This document shows, piece after piece, positions 1-12,515 of a stretch of 64,000 bases of DNA (position 1 is the first letter of the stretch; each line of letters starts with the position of its first letter). Origin of the DNA: Carcharhinus longimanus (lineage: Eukaryota); NCBI GenBank assembly GCA_030264375.1, contig JASCQW010000175.1, positions 4,058,333 through 4,122,332 of the forward strand. The letters are read 5' to 3'. The position numbers and the translations under genes were made by a program. Under the pieces are notes generated by a model that made no database searches, had not been told where the DNA came from, and saw only the letters and a program-made list of their open reading frames with translations.

Positions 1-120
1 CTACCCTCCAAACCAGGCAGCATCCTGGTAAATCTCCTCTGCATTCTCTCCAATGCTTCCACATCCTTCTTATAATGTGACCAGAACTGAATACAATATT
101 CCAAATGTGTTCTCACCAAC
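1..120 (-). mobile_element. CR1 LINE ORF2 3' fragment
   Basis: ccaggcagcatcctggtaaatct...gtgaccagaactgaatacaatattccaa is the reverse complement of the CR1 LEYCIQFWS...[10 protein letters not shown] coding segment. Confidence 0.75.
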
Positions 121-124
121 TCCT

Positions 125-680
125 CTAGTGGGGAGACCAAACAGATTAAATGATTGTTTTGCTAATACCTCTAGTCAGTCTTTCCATCATTTGCCATTTT
201 AATTCTTTGCCCCATGCCAAACTTTGGTCTACTACACTGTTCCAATGAAACTCAATAGAAGTTTGAGGAACAGCAACTGATTTTCAATTAGGAATCTTGC
301 AAACCCTTCATCTCAACATCAAAAATCTCATTTTAAAATTTCAAATCATAAACACCACTCTCAATTTTCAGACAGTGGATGCTGATAATAATTCTGCTGT
401 TGCCACAGACGCATTGCGTTTCTTTACTTGTCCCATTACTATACCTTTTGTCGTCACCATTCACCTGTTTCGTCATTTAATCAATCTTGCTTTTTGCCCC
501 ATCAGAAGCCTACTCTTTTTCTTCTTTCCTCCCCATCTACTTTCTCTGCCCCTGTACCTGCCTAAAAATTGTTAATTCTCTACATTTCTCAAATGTTATC
601 AACCTGAAATATTAATGTTGCTTTTCTCCAGATACAGCCACACTTGCAAATATTTCCAGTATTTTCTGTATATCTTTGAA
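125..680 (+). mobile_element. Decayed Penelope-like element 3' end (GIY-YIG C-terminus plus terminal repeat)
   Basis: ggggagaccaaa (GETK) and aagtttgaggaacagcaactgattttcaattagga (KFEEQQLIFQLG) resemble the PLE endonuclease end; tail ...ctccagatac...tttccagtattttctgt is shared with other copies in the window. Confidence 0.6.
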
Positions 681-734
681 TACCTGCTGATTGAGAAAAA
701 GTTGCAAGCTCCTTTTAAGACACAAGTTTTTCTA

Positions 735-881
<147 letters not shown>

Positions 882-1439
882 TTAGAATACTGTTCCCATC
901 AGAGTAGCACACCACAGATCCTAAACTCTTAGAAGATACAGTTGTAGGACACGAGTCTAGAAGCATGATTAAATTTAAACCAGGAGGAAACACCATTAAA
1001 GATGATCAATGCACAATGTATGCATTAAAATGGGGAAACTGAAGGCAATCATGAAATGGGAGGGACCAGACATAGCAGGAATTAATGAAACTTTGCAGGG
1101 CAAGATACATTTAGAAAATAGAGGGGGAAAATGGGAAGGTGGAGCAGTTGTACTTATTCAGGATAAAATAATGGCAGTAGAAAAAAATGTAGCAAGACAA
1201 AAACAGAATCCATTTGGATAGGGATTAAAATATAATAATGGATCAATCATGTTGATAGATGTAGTTTATAGACCATTGCAGTGGTAAGGAGGCAGAGAAG
1301 GATTTTGCCAACAAGTTTGTGAATTGATTGAAAAGAATCATCATGGGGAATTTCAACTACCCTGACGTTAATTAGACAGGAGGGGTAGGTAAAACGGATA
1401 AGGGAATGGATTTCCTAGAACGTGTACGAGGATCTTCTA

Positions 1440-1731
1440 TATGACGAATTCACCTGACGAAGGGACTAACCCGAAAGCTTGTGAGTTTACTATCAAATAA
1501 ATCGGTTGGACTAAAACCTGGTGTNNNNNNNNNNNNNNNNNNNNNNNNNNNNNNNNNNNNNNNNNNNNNNNNNNNNNNNNNNNNNNNNNNNNNNNNNNNN
1601 NNNNNNNNNNNNNNNNNNNNNNNNNNNNNNNNNNTTGTGAGTTTACTATCAAATAAATCGGTTGGACTAAAACCTGGTGTTGTCAGACTTCTTACTGTGT
1701 TTACCCCAGTCAAACGCCAGCATATCCACAA
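1440..1731 (+). mobile_element. Penelope-like terminal repeat inserted in CR1, spanning an N gap
   Basis: cacctgacgaagg...ccgaaagcttgtg...aaataaatcggttggactaaaacctggtgttgtcagacttcttactgtg; homologous to 25985-26275 and 55777-55875. Confidence 0.7.
1446..1488 (+). ncRNA. Minimal type I hammerhead ribozyme motif (PLE-associated)
   Basis: Stem I gaattcac/gtgagttt, core CTGACGA (1454-1460), stem II ggg-actaa-ccc, GAAA (1473-1476), palindromic AGCT mini stem III, CUU cleavage triplet (1478-1480). Confidence 0.65.
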
Positions 1732-3017
1732 AGTGTATAGAACCAGAGGAGTACATGAGAATAGAGATTAAAAAAAGAGGTAGAAAACAATTAGGAAGGC
1801 AAAGAGGTACTATAGATTATCAAAGAATGTGAAGGAGAATTATAAAGTATTTTAGAATGACATCAACAAAAATTTTTTAAAAATGTGATGGAACTAGGAC
1901 TAGTAAGAGATAGTTAGGATATTATCACAGGTAATGATAGAAAGATGGCAGAAATGTTAAATGATTATTTTGCTTTGGTATTAACAAGGGAGATACAACA
2001 GGTAGACATGCATTAAATGATGAGATGAGATTAAGTGTTTTTTTTAAAATTACACAGGACAAAAAACCTGGCCCACATGAATTGTATCCAAGTATTTTAA
2101 ATAAGCGAGGGAAGAGATAGAGGCATTACTACTTATTTAATAATCAGTCCATAAAAGATGCAGTGCCAGAGGATTGCCAAATAGCTAATGTGATTCCTAT
2201 CTTTAAGGAGGGGAAAACACAGAACATTTCCAGGGAAGCATAAACCAATAAGCTCAACACAGGGATAGGAAAAGTAATGCAATCCTCACTAAAAGGAAGA
2301 ATACAAGAACATCTAGAAATGAGAAATACAATAATGAGAAGTCGGCAAGGATTGCAAAAGGGGAAATTTTTCCCTGACCAACTTTATTGAATGAGGTAAC
2401 AGAGAAAGTTGACATTGGTAATGCAGCAGGTATGATTTAACTTGACTTTCAAGAAGTCTTTGAAAAAGTGCCCTATAATAGGCTAATGAATAATAGAAGC
2501 CAGTGGACAAGTCACAGATTGAATTACTAGCTGGTTTCAAGACAAAACAGACTAGGAGTTAAGGATGGTTAATCAGAATGGTAGGAGGTGGGAAGAGATG
2601 TTCCACAAGGATTAACATTGAAGCCCACAATGCTGGATTCACAACTTTGAGTATTTAAACTTCAAAACAAAAATCACAATTTCTAATAGTAAATGATAAC
2701 AAATTGAGGGGGACAACCGAAATGGAGGAGGACTGCAACAAATTGCAAGAAGATATAAATAATCTTGGAGAATGGGCAAATAATTAGCATGAGATTCAAC
2801 ATCAATAAATGAGTAGTAGTACATTTTGGTATAAAGAACAGAAAAGTCATTTATTACTTAGAAGGTTCAAGCCTAGGTGGGATAGAGGAATCAAGGGATC
2901 TCACATAAGTTGCGCCAAAGGTTAGTTAAACTATTAAAAAAGCAAGTCAAACACTTTTATTTCTCATTCATACATTTTGTGTTCCATCTGGAGGTAGGTC
3001 CTTGGCTTATGGCCTGA

Positions 3018-3089
3018 TAAGAACATAAGAAATAGGAGCAGGAGTAGGCCATCTAGCCCTTCGAGCCTGCCCCGCCATTCAATAAGATC
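3018..3089 (-). mobile_element. Young CR1 3' terminus running into an assembly gap
   Basis: ataagaacataagaaataggagcaggagtaggccatct, essentially identical to 50418-50463, also abutting a gap of about 0.8 kb. Confidence 0.7.
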
Positions 3090-4651
3090 NNNNNNNNNNN
3101 NNNNNNNNNNNNNNNNNNNNNNNNNNNNNNNNNNNNNNNNNNNNNNNNNNNNNNNNNNNNNNNNNNNNNNNNNNNNNNNNNNNNNNNNNNNNNNNNNNNN
3201 NNNNNNNNNNNNNNNNNNNNNNNNNNNNNNNNNNNNNNNNNNNNNNNNNNNNNNNNNNNNNNNNNNNNNNNNNNNNNNNNNNNNNNNNNNNNNNNNNNNN
3301 NNNNNNNNNNNNNNNNNNNNNNNNNNNNNNNNNNNNNNNNNNNNNNNNNNNNNNNNNNNNNNNNNNNNNNNNNNNNNNNNNNNNNNNNNNNNNNNNNNNN
3401 NNNNNNNNNNNNNNNNNNNNNNNNNNNNNNNNNNNNNNNNNNNNNNNNNNNNNNNNNNNNNNNNNNNNNNNNNNNNNNNNNNNNNNNNNNNNNNNNNNNN
3501 NNNNNNNNNNNNNNNNNNNNNNNNNNNNNNNNNNNNNNNNNNNNNNNNNNNNNNNNNNNNNNNNNNNNNNNNNNNNNNNNNNNNNNNNNNNNNNNNNNNN
3601 NNNNNNNNNNNNNNNNNNNNNNNNNNNNNNNNNNNNNNNNNNNNNNNNNNNNNNNNNNNNNNNNNNNNNNNNNNNNNNNNNNNNNNNNNNNNNNNNNNNN
3701 NNNNNNNNNNNNNNNNNNNNNNNNNNNNNNNNNNNNNNNNNNNNNNNNNNNNNNNNNNNNNNNNNNNNNNNNNNNNNNNNNNNNNNNNNNNNNNNNNNNN
3801 NNNNNNNNNNNNNNNNNNNNNNNNNNNNNNNNNNNNNNNNNNNNNNNNNNNNNNNNNNNNNNNNNNNNNNNNNNNNNNNNNNNNNNNNNNNNNNNNNNNN
3901 NNNNNNNNNNNTTTGTGCCATATCGTCTGTGTAATCTTATGTGCTCTCAGCAAGGACTGGCTTCAAGTATTACAGTAACTTTTTAGGTAATTTTGAAGAT
4001 GATTTGTTCTCAAATTTAAGTTTAAAAACAAAACCATGAAATAATTTACAGGCTGGGTGTCTTCTCTCCTAAAAGGAAGGCTGAGGGATGACCTAATAGG
4101 TCTTTCAAATTATGAAAGGGCTTGGATCAAATACTTTAGTGGATACGTGGCTTCTATTCCCACGATCCTAATCCTATAAAGAGTTTGAGAGATCCGACAT
4201 GATAGTCATCAGTTGATAAATGTTTAGGAACGTAGCATCAATATTTGGAAGTGTTCATCCATCAGCATGTTCAACCTACTTTACAATTCAGCATTACGGC
4301 TGTAATTACCAACAGAAGTGCCTAACTTTAGCATCTCATTAACTGATGGTCCATAGAGAGAGAAAACAAAGATATGCAAGACAAACTGTAAATCCAGACT
4401 GCTAGACAATTGAGTACAGGTAGTTTGCCTCCACTTGGTCAGCAAATTACAACCTAAGCCAGGGGAACAAAGTAAGATTTTGAAACTCATCGCAATTTCT
4501 ATTTAAAAATAACTAAATATGGAGCTTGGCTTGGATACTGGTCTCAGGTCACAAATCGAATTTCATCGAAACTATGCAATGCAATCTGAAACGAGTGTAC
4601 AAATGCATTGAAAAATCTGCCTCAATTCCACCCCCACCTCCCAATTTCTTA

Positions 4652-4864
<213 letters not shown>

Positions 4865-5359
4865 TCAAGGAATAGCTATAACAAGTCTCATCTGATGGGT
4901 TCATGATTCGAAACTCAAATTCTAGTATGGGTTGAGGTATCTAATATAATTTGGGATAGCCACAGGGCATTGTCAAAATTCTTAGTCCTGGTCGTTAGCC
5001 AAATGACCCCTAAAGGGATGTATAGCCATCATTTGGTGACAAAAATGCACTCTGCTGTGAAGCAGTCATTGCCTTGGCTTACAAACTAAGCCCTCTTAGT
5101 AAAGGTAGGTGCTGACACCTGTGAAACTATACTCCAAGCATCAGATTATACCAACAGAAAACCATAGTTAAATTGAGCAATAGTAGTTATATTTTGCTTT
5201 ACATCTAGAACGTTGCATGCAGATCAAAATAAGCATCAGTTTAGAGTTCTAAATGATGGATCCTCTAGGGTGTGCAGCAGGAGGCAAGTCCATGGCGCCA
5301 TATGTGACTCAGCTATACAAGGGTCAGAAGAAGAATTTGGAAATCAATTGCAATTGGAG

Positions 5360-6150
5360 ATTTCTAGTTTGAACAAGACATGCTTTGTGCTGCAGACTTA
5401 AATCCAGACCGGAATGTGTTGCCTCTCATGTGCCAGGTTCAAGGAGGTCATTGAGTAGCTGCAGAGTAATTGAGGTAGATGAATAGATCAGCCAGCAGTC
5501 ATGATACATATCAGTACCACTGACATAGAAAGGGGAAAGCAGCGCTACAGGCAGATTTGAGGAAGGAAAGAGATTAGAAAGGTAGCACCAAAAGTCATCT
5601 GAAGATTGCTATGTGCGAAAGAGCAGAGTCACTTGGACAAATGTGGATTAAAGAAAGTCAGCACATATTTGTTAAAAACAAATCATGCTTCACTAACTTG
5701 CCAGAAATGTTTTGAAGAGGTAACAAAGAGGATTGATGAGGTTAATGGAGTGAACATGGTACATGTGGGTTTCCAAAAGTTGTTTGACACATATCAGGCC
5801 AGCCAGCAACAATGAAGCCCATGGTACAAAAGATTCAGCGGCAGCACGGATATAAAATTTCGGTATATAGCAAATTCCAAGGGTCAGTGTTAGGAACACT
5901 GCTTTTCTATATCTAATTTATATTAATGACCAGACATGCAAGTGCAGGGCACAATTTAAAAATCAGCAAACAATACAAAGCTTGGAAGTATTGTGAGCAG
6001 GATAGTTATAGACTTTAAGGCAGCCAGGCCGATGGAATGGCAGGGTTATCAGGGGAAGACAGGGGAGCAAGACTAGTTGCAGTGTTCCTGCAGAGCTAGT
6101 AGGAACAAGATCAACCAAGTGGCCTGCTCCTGTTGTGCAACCATTCTGAG
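5360..6150 (+). mobile_element. Degenerate, internally deleted CR1 LINE
   Basis: LIKESQH.FVKNKSCFTNL, DFQK.FD, PRVSVRN-like RT remnants; tail ggcctgctcctgttgtgcaaccattct. Confidence 0.65.
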
Positions 6151-6407
6151 TGAACAGAAATGGCATTTGTCAAGATTCAATCAGCCAGCATTATAAGCAG
6201 TGAAGGAAATTAGACTATACACCAATCTCTTAACTGCATTAAAAAAGCCATGCTTCATATTAAAACAGATCGGTGCGACTAAATCTGATCACGTCATGCA
6301 TTAATTGCTGGCTTTAATGGTATCCACATATTTTCTGAACGAATTATAATATTACAGACAAGTTAGAAAATGCCCTGAAATTCAAGAACAGCTTTGGAAG
6401 TACTTAC

Positions 6408-6477
6408 CATGAGCACACAGGCCTGCTTTCCATCCATGAAACCTTTAGGGATCGAATTAGGAGTAAGGATTTCATAT
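6408..6477 (-). CDS. MYH9: MYH9 70-nt exon (exon 18 equivalent), [23 protein letters not shown]
   Basis: ttgcag acceptor, gtaagt donor. Confidence 0.97.
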
Positions 6478-6758
6478 CTGCAAGAGAATTACAACAGAAG
6501 TAAAAACAACTGAATCCCATTGATGCAGAGCTTACTTTTAAAGCCTAAAAGAGAAAAACTGACTAGGTACTGGCTATCTACATAAACCGTAAGTAGTAAC
6601 ATAACAGACTGAATGACTTGAGACCTTCTACAAAATACTGCTGCCACCATTCTGTTACTGGGTTAGCACATGCAATCAAAATAATCTCCATGCATTTGTC
6701 CACATTTTATGGTCTTGTTAGCCAGCGTTAATTAGAAATGAGTTTTCTTGCTCTATTA

Positions 6759-7088
6759 GGGGAGGCAATGGCCTAGTGGCATTATCACTAGACTATCAAA
6801 CCAGAAACTCAGCTAATGCTCTGGAAGCTTGGGTTCAAATCTTGTCATACAAGATGGTGGAATTTGAATTCAATAAAAAAAAATCTGGAATTAAGAATCT
6901 ACTGATGACCATGAAACCATTGTCAATTGTCAGAAAAACCTATCTGGTTCACTGATGTCCTTTCAGGAAAAAAAATCTGCTGTACTTACCTGGCCTGGCC
7001 TACATGCAACTCGAGTCACAGCAATTGAGTGACTCAACTGGCCTCCAAGGGTAACTAGGGATAGGCAATAAATGCTGATTAGCCAGCA
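6759..7088 (+). mobile_element. tRNA-derived SINE (shark family with gggataggcaataaatgctg tail)
   Basis: Box A tggcctagtgg, box B ggttcaaatc; homologous copies at 39430-39725, 45255-45623, 58420-58712. Confidence 0.75.
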
Positions 7089-7089
7089 G

Positions 7090-8500
7090 TTTTTCCTCAT
7101 CTTACCTTTGGTTTTTTGGCCATTCACTTTAAAATCACTGTCCTCTGGTTCTTGAGGCTTCTACCAATGGGAGATTCCTCCCCATTTACACTGTACAGAT
7201 CCCTCATGACTTTGAAAACTCCCTTTAACTCTTTTGCCAAGCTTCTCAAAGCAGAACAGTCTCAGCTTCTCCAATCTATCCACACAACTGCAGTCCATCA
7301 TGCCTAAAGTTATTCCCAATTTTTTTGTGCCCTTTCCAATGCTTTCACATCTTTCATAATGGATGATGCCCAGAATTGGATATGTTGTTTCAATTGAGAC
7401 CAATGCAATGTTGTATGAATGTTCACCATAATGAACTTGCTTTTGCACTCAATGTCTCAACTTATAAAACCATTATGCCATATGAACTTTCTCAGTCTGC
7501 CAGTCACCTAAGCCTCTGCTCCTGCACCCCCTTTATCATTGTATCCTTTGTTTTGCTATTTGGAAGAACAAGGACAGCTAAAATGCATCACTTCACACTT
7601 CTTTGCATTAAATTTAATTTGCGCTGTGCCTGTCCAGCACACCAGCCTATATACTCTATCACCACAGTTCACTATTTCCACATTTTGTGCCACCCACAAA
7701 TTTTTAGAGATTGTGCTCTGCACACCCAAGTCTAAGTGATAGATCTGGTGAAAAATTGTGGTCCTGATACCCAACACCTGGCAAACCCTTCCACATTGCT
7801 TCCTCCAGTCCAAACAAAATTTCGCGAATACTCCATTTCAGATCAGCCAACTTCGTATCAATGCTGCCATTATCCCTTTTATTCAATAAACTTTTAGCTT
7901 TTCTAACAAGCCTGTTATGTGAATATAATCTTTATAATATTAAAAATCATCCTTCACTTTGAAAAAATCTAAACTGAGTAAAGACTGGCTCTGGCTTTGT
8001 CCTTTAGGTTATCTGGACTTTAACAATATANNNNNNNNNNNNNNNNNNNNNNNNNNNNNNNNNNNNNNNNNNNNNNNNNNNNNNNNNNNNNNNNNNNNNN
8101 NNNNNNNNNNNNNNNNNNNNNNNNNNNNNNCTCCCCATGATGGGGCCAGAATGAAGCATCTTCTTGCCAGCTGCACCCAACATACCTTCTAATTCTTTTA
8201 CTCTCATTCCATTCTAACTCAAACTCTAAGAGACTTTCTCTACACCTTATGACTGTAATACTGCATTCTGCACTCTCATTTCTTTCTTAATGAACGATGT
8301 GCTTTGTGTAGCATGCAAGAAACAATACTTTTCACTGACAATAATAAATCAAATCAAAGTCAGCTTTATTACCACACTCAATCCTCCATTACCTCATCAA
8401 AAAACCTAATCCAAATAAGTACAATTTTCCTTTAACAAATCAGTGGCTTTCCTTAATTAATCCACACGTTTATGCTTTTCCTGCCCAAAGAACTGGCCAG
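7090..8500 (-). mobile_element. Degenerate CR1 LINE RT and 3' region with a nested insertion
   Basis: Minus-strand ORFs read DRLEKLRLFCFEK and QIKFNAKKCEVMHF. Confidence 0.7.
8130..8360 (+). mobile_element. Rex1/Babar-like LINE 3' tail
   Basis: attctgcactctcatttc...gcaagaaacaatacttttcactgacaataataaatcaaatcaaa; homologous to 61955-62150. Confidence 0.55.
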
Positions 8501-8785
8501 GCATTGGGAAAAAAAAAAATCAGTAACTTGATAGTTCTTTACCAGTCAATCCTGAGTAGCTTTTCCACATGATTTAGTGGCCAGTTAGAGCAGTACAAGA
8601 TCGGAAGGTTACCAGCCCTCTCACCCAAGACCAGAAAGAAAAGAACAAAGTATTTTCTTCTTGACAAACTGTTTCACTTCATGAACTGAGAGACGCAAAC
8701 CCATCTCAAGGAACCTAACCCAGATATAGGCACATTGTGCAACAAATCAACAAATAACCAAGACCAAAAAGGTGAAGGAAGATTA

Positions 8786-8908
<123 letters not shown>

Positions 8909-9089
8909 CTATTAAATCAGGGAAGGACAGACATTATACATTTATACCAACAATTTATACTGAATTTGTGGCATCATGGTGATGGGCACATATCTCAGAT
9001 CAGGCTAAAGTATCTAGCCTAAAATACACAAATCCAACTTTCGTAGGTTGTTTCCTCAGTTCCATTTATAAAAAGGTTTTATTTAAAAC

Positions 9090-9500
9090 TATGTAGAACA
9101 TAGAACATAACAGCGCAGAACAGGCCCTTCGGCCCACGATGTTGCGCCGACCAGTTTTTTTTTTAAAAAAAACACTGACCCACTAANNNNNNNNNNNNNN
9201 NNNNNNNNNNNNNNNNNNNNNNNNNNNNNNNNNNNNNNNNNNNNNNNNNNNNNNNNNNNNNNNNNNNNNNNNNNNNNNNNNNNNNNAAGGATAACCAAAA
9301 ACACATTTTCATAGAATCCCTACACTGCAAAAGGAGGCCATTTGGCCCATCAAGTCTGCACCGGCCACATTCCCACCAACGTCCTATCCTCCTAACCCCA
9401 TGTATTTACCCTGATATTCCCCCTGACACCATGGGGCAATTTATTATGGCTAATCAACCTAACCCACACATTTGGACTGTGGATAGGAAAACTCACACAT
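9090..9500 (-). mobile_element. CR1-type 3' end plus 5'-truncated HE1-like SINE around a gap
   Basis: tagaacatagaacataacagcgcagaacaggcccttcggccc; catagaatccctacactgcaaaaggaggccatttggccc...ttggactgtgg. Confidence 0.6.
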
Positions 9501-9789
9501 TGTTGGCAATGATTTTGATTTACCAGTTAAAAGGGGCATTTTTTCCCCCCACTATTTTGTTCCTAGATTATCCCAAGCAGTAGAAGTTGGGGAATTGGGT
9601 AGAGTCATCAATCCATCTTTTTTACCCATCAATAAAAGTTTACAATTGCTCCCCTCAATATCCAACAGCCTCTTGAGATTACAGCTCCACTATTCCACCC
9701 AATTATTCTAGTTATTAATGTGACACTTCCTAACATCAATCCTGAATTTGACTTTATCATGGCTCACTGTCCTGAGGTTAGGGTTTAAC

Positions 9790-10270
9790 AAAGAACAACC
9801 CAGCACGGGAAACAGGCCCTTCGGCCCAACGAGCCCACGCTGCCATCTTAAAGCATTTTCCTACACCTATCTAGACCCGTGTGTCTAGATGGTACCCCCA
9901 TTGGAAACCAGATTCAGGGGAGAATAGTTCACGGACAATTTGTTACACCAATCAGCCTAAGAGCACATCTTTGGGGTGTGGGNNNNNNNNNNNNNNNNNN
10001 NNNNNNNNNNNNNNNNNNNNNNNNNNNNNNNNNNNNNNNNNNNNNNNNNNNNNNNNNNNNNNNNNNNNNNNNNNNNNNNNNNATTATTCCTTCCAAAATG
10101 CATCACCTCGCATTTGTCAGGATTAAATTCCATCTGCCATCTATCTGCCCAGTATACCAGCCTATCTATATCCTGCTGTGTCACCTGACAATCCTCCTCA
10201 CTATCCACCAATCCTGCCATCTTGGTGTCATCTGCAAACTTGCTGATCACACCACGTATGCCCTCTTCCA
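9790..10270 (-). mobile_element. CR1 RT fragment and SINE-like tail
   Basis: ORF 9957..10271: GVISKFADDTKMAGLVDSEEDCQVTQQDIDRLVYWADRWQMEFNPDKCEVMHFGR (FADD catalytic motif). Confidence 0.85.
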
Positions 10271-10404
10271 AATTAAACTACAGTCCAGGATCAACATTTT
10301 CTACATTTCTTGGAACCTATGTACCTCTATAAAGGTTTCCTGTCTTTTCACACATACAAGTTTTTATGATGTTTAAGGCATAGATCAGTTTCACTATATT
10401 TCTC

Positions 10405-12300
10405 TCAGAATCACAGAAATTTATACTATGGAAAGAGGCCATTTGGCTCATCAAATCTTTAACAGTCAACAAGTAGTGATCTTGCCTAATCCCACTCTCC
10501 AGTTCTTGGTCCACAAGCATGTCAGTTATGGCACCTTCAAGTGCATAACGAAGTACTTTTTAAATATCCTGAGGGTTTCTGCTCCCATTGCTTTCAGGCA
10601 GCAAGTTCCATACCCCCATTACCCTCTGGATGAAAAAAAACCTTTCCTTGAATCTTCTCCAAACCTACCTCAAAATTAAAATTTATGCCCTCTGGCAGTG
10701 GACCAATTAAAGGGTATCAGGATTTGTTTCAATTAGGTCTCCCATCAATCTCCTCAGTTACAAAGAAAACAACCCAAGCTAAACCAACCTTCCTTGTGTC
10801 TAAAATTCTCCAGTTCAGACAACCTCCTTGTAAATCTTCTCTATACCCTCTTCAGTACAATCATAATTTTATTATAATGTGGTAACAGGAACTGTATATT
10901 GTACTCCAGCTGTAGACAAACCAGTATTTTAAACAGTTCCAATATAACCCTCCCAGCTCTTGTATTCTATGTCTTAGCTAATAAGCACAAGTATCCCGTA
11001 TGCCTTGTTGAACACCTTATCTATCTGTTCGGCCACTTTCAGGAATCTGTGAATTATACACTCAAATATCTTGTTCCACTACATTTCTAATTATCCTAAC
11101 ATTTATGTACTTCCATACCTTGTTAGCATTTTAAATCTTCTCCAGATTGAACTCCAGCTGCCTTTGTTCTGCCTACCTGACTATATGATCAATATCTTTG
11201 TGCAGTCTACAGCTTTCTTCCTCACCTTTATTTACATAATTAAATTCTATTTAAGGTAGTTCTCAAGGTGAAAATCTAATTTACTAAGTTGGTGAGATTT
11301 TGTTTAAAGCTGTTGGGAGATGGCCCCTTAATAGGTTAAATCAGGCCAAGTTTTGTATTACCTGCAAATTTCTTAATCACGTCCCCTACATTGAAGTTCA
11401 CTACGTAAAGCAAGGAATCTAGTCCTGAACCTGCAGAATCCCACTGAAAACTATTTTCTACTCACAAAAACTACCCTTTGACCATACTCATTGCTTCCTG
11501 CCTCAGAACCAATTTTGGATCCAACTTGCCACTTTGCCTTGGATCCAATGAGCTTTTATTTCCATGACTAGTCTATCATGTGGCATATTACCAAATCCAC
11601 ACTGACCAAAAAAAAAAACACTACCCTTATCGACCCTCCTTGTTATTGCTCTTTCAAGGCTCTCAACATTCAGGACGTTCTACATTTGTTGGCCCCATCC
11701 TTTAAGGGAACTTACTTGCTTTGAACCCACCACTTTCTTGAATGCCTTCTGTTGACCTGACACTAGTTTAACATTCAAGAAGCTGTCTCCTGGCCATTTT
11801 AAATAAAATCACCTTCAACTTAGTAAATACGTTTTTCACTGAGAACTACCCTTAATCTAACTGAATGATGATCACTTGCACCATAATGCTTCCCCAACTG
11901 ATACTCCTTCAACCTGCCCAGCTTCATTCCCAAAAACAAGTCGAGAACCACTCCCTCTCATTGAGCGCAGAGACTAAAAAAATTCTTCCTGAATAGATTT
12001 TAAGGATTCTGCTCCCTCTGTGCCACAGTAATTCTATTCCAGTTAATATTATAGCTGAATTTCCTTCTTTATTACTGCCATATTGTTTTTGCACTTCTCA
12101 GAAAATCAGATCTTTATTCTATGCCCCTTTGACTGCTCGGGAACCAAAGTACACAAACAGTAGTGATATTCCCCTCTTGTTTCTCCAGTTGAATCCACAT
12201 GGCCTCATTTGATGATTCTTCTGCCACATCATCCCTCTTCATAGCTGTAATTGTTTCTTTAATCAACATTGCGAATCTCCTCCTTGTCTTATCTTAAAAT
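10405..12300 (-). mobile_element. Degenerate CR1 LINE
   Basis: 3' tail gaatcacagaaatttatactatggaaagaggccatttggc followed by decayed RT and endonuclease-like sequence. Confidence 0.7.
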
Positions 12301-12321
12301 TGCTTCGGATCATGCACTCAC

Positions 12322-12515
12322 CTTCTTCTCATGATTAGGAATAATGCAGCGCACAAAGTTAGGATTGGTGTTCCTGAGCGTTGCCATCAATTTCGAGAGC
12401 TGCTCCTTGTAAAGTTGACTAACTGTGCGGAACATGCCCCTTTTGGTTTTGAATGCACCAGGCAATGCTGTGTGGGACATCTCTACAACTTGATCCAGTC
12501 CAACGATGCGGTCCA
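12322..12515 (-). CDS. MYH9: MYH9 194-nt exon (exon 16 equivalent), [65 protein letters not shown]
   Basis: ttctcag acceptor, gtgagt donor; contained in ORF 12310..12585. Confidence 0.97.

Larger units (their letters stand above)
980..2965 (+). mobile_element. Degenerate CR1 LINE (endonuclease and RT remnants), interrupted at about 1440-1730
   Basis: Frameshifted motifs: IMGNFNYPD, WQIANVIPIFK, YKPISST, LDFQEVF, LGEWANN, GTFWYK. Confidence 0.75.

Noticed and set aside
6759-6845. tRNA gene (also SINE heads at 22739, 29100-29175, 54540-54611)
   Set aside because: A/B boxes are present but continue into SINE bodies and lack a full cloverleaf.
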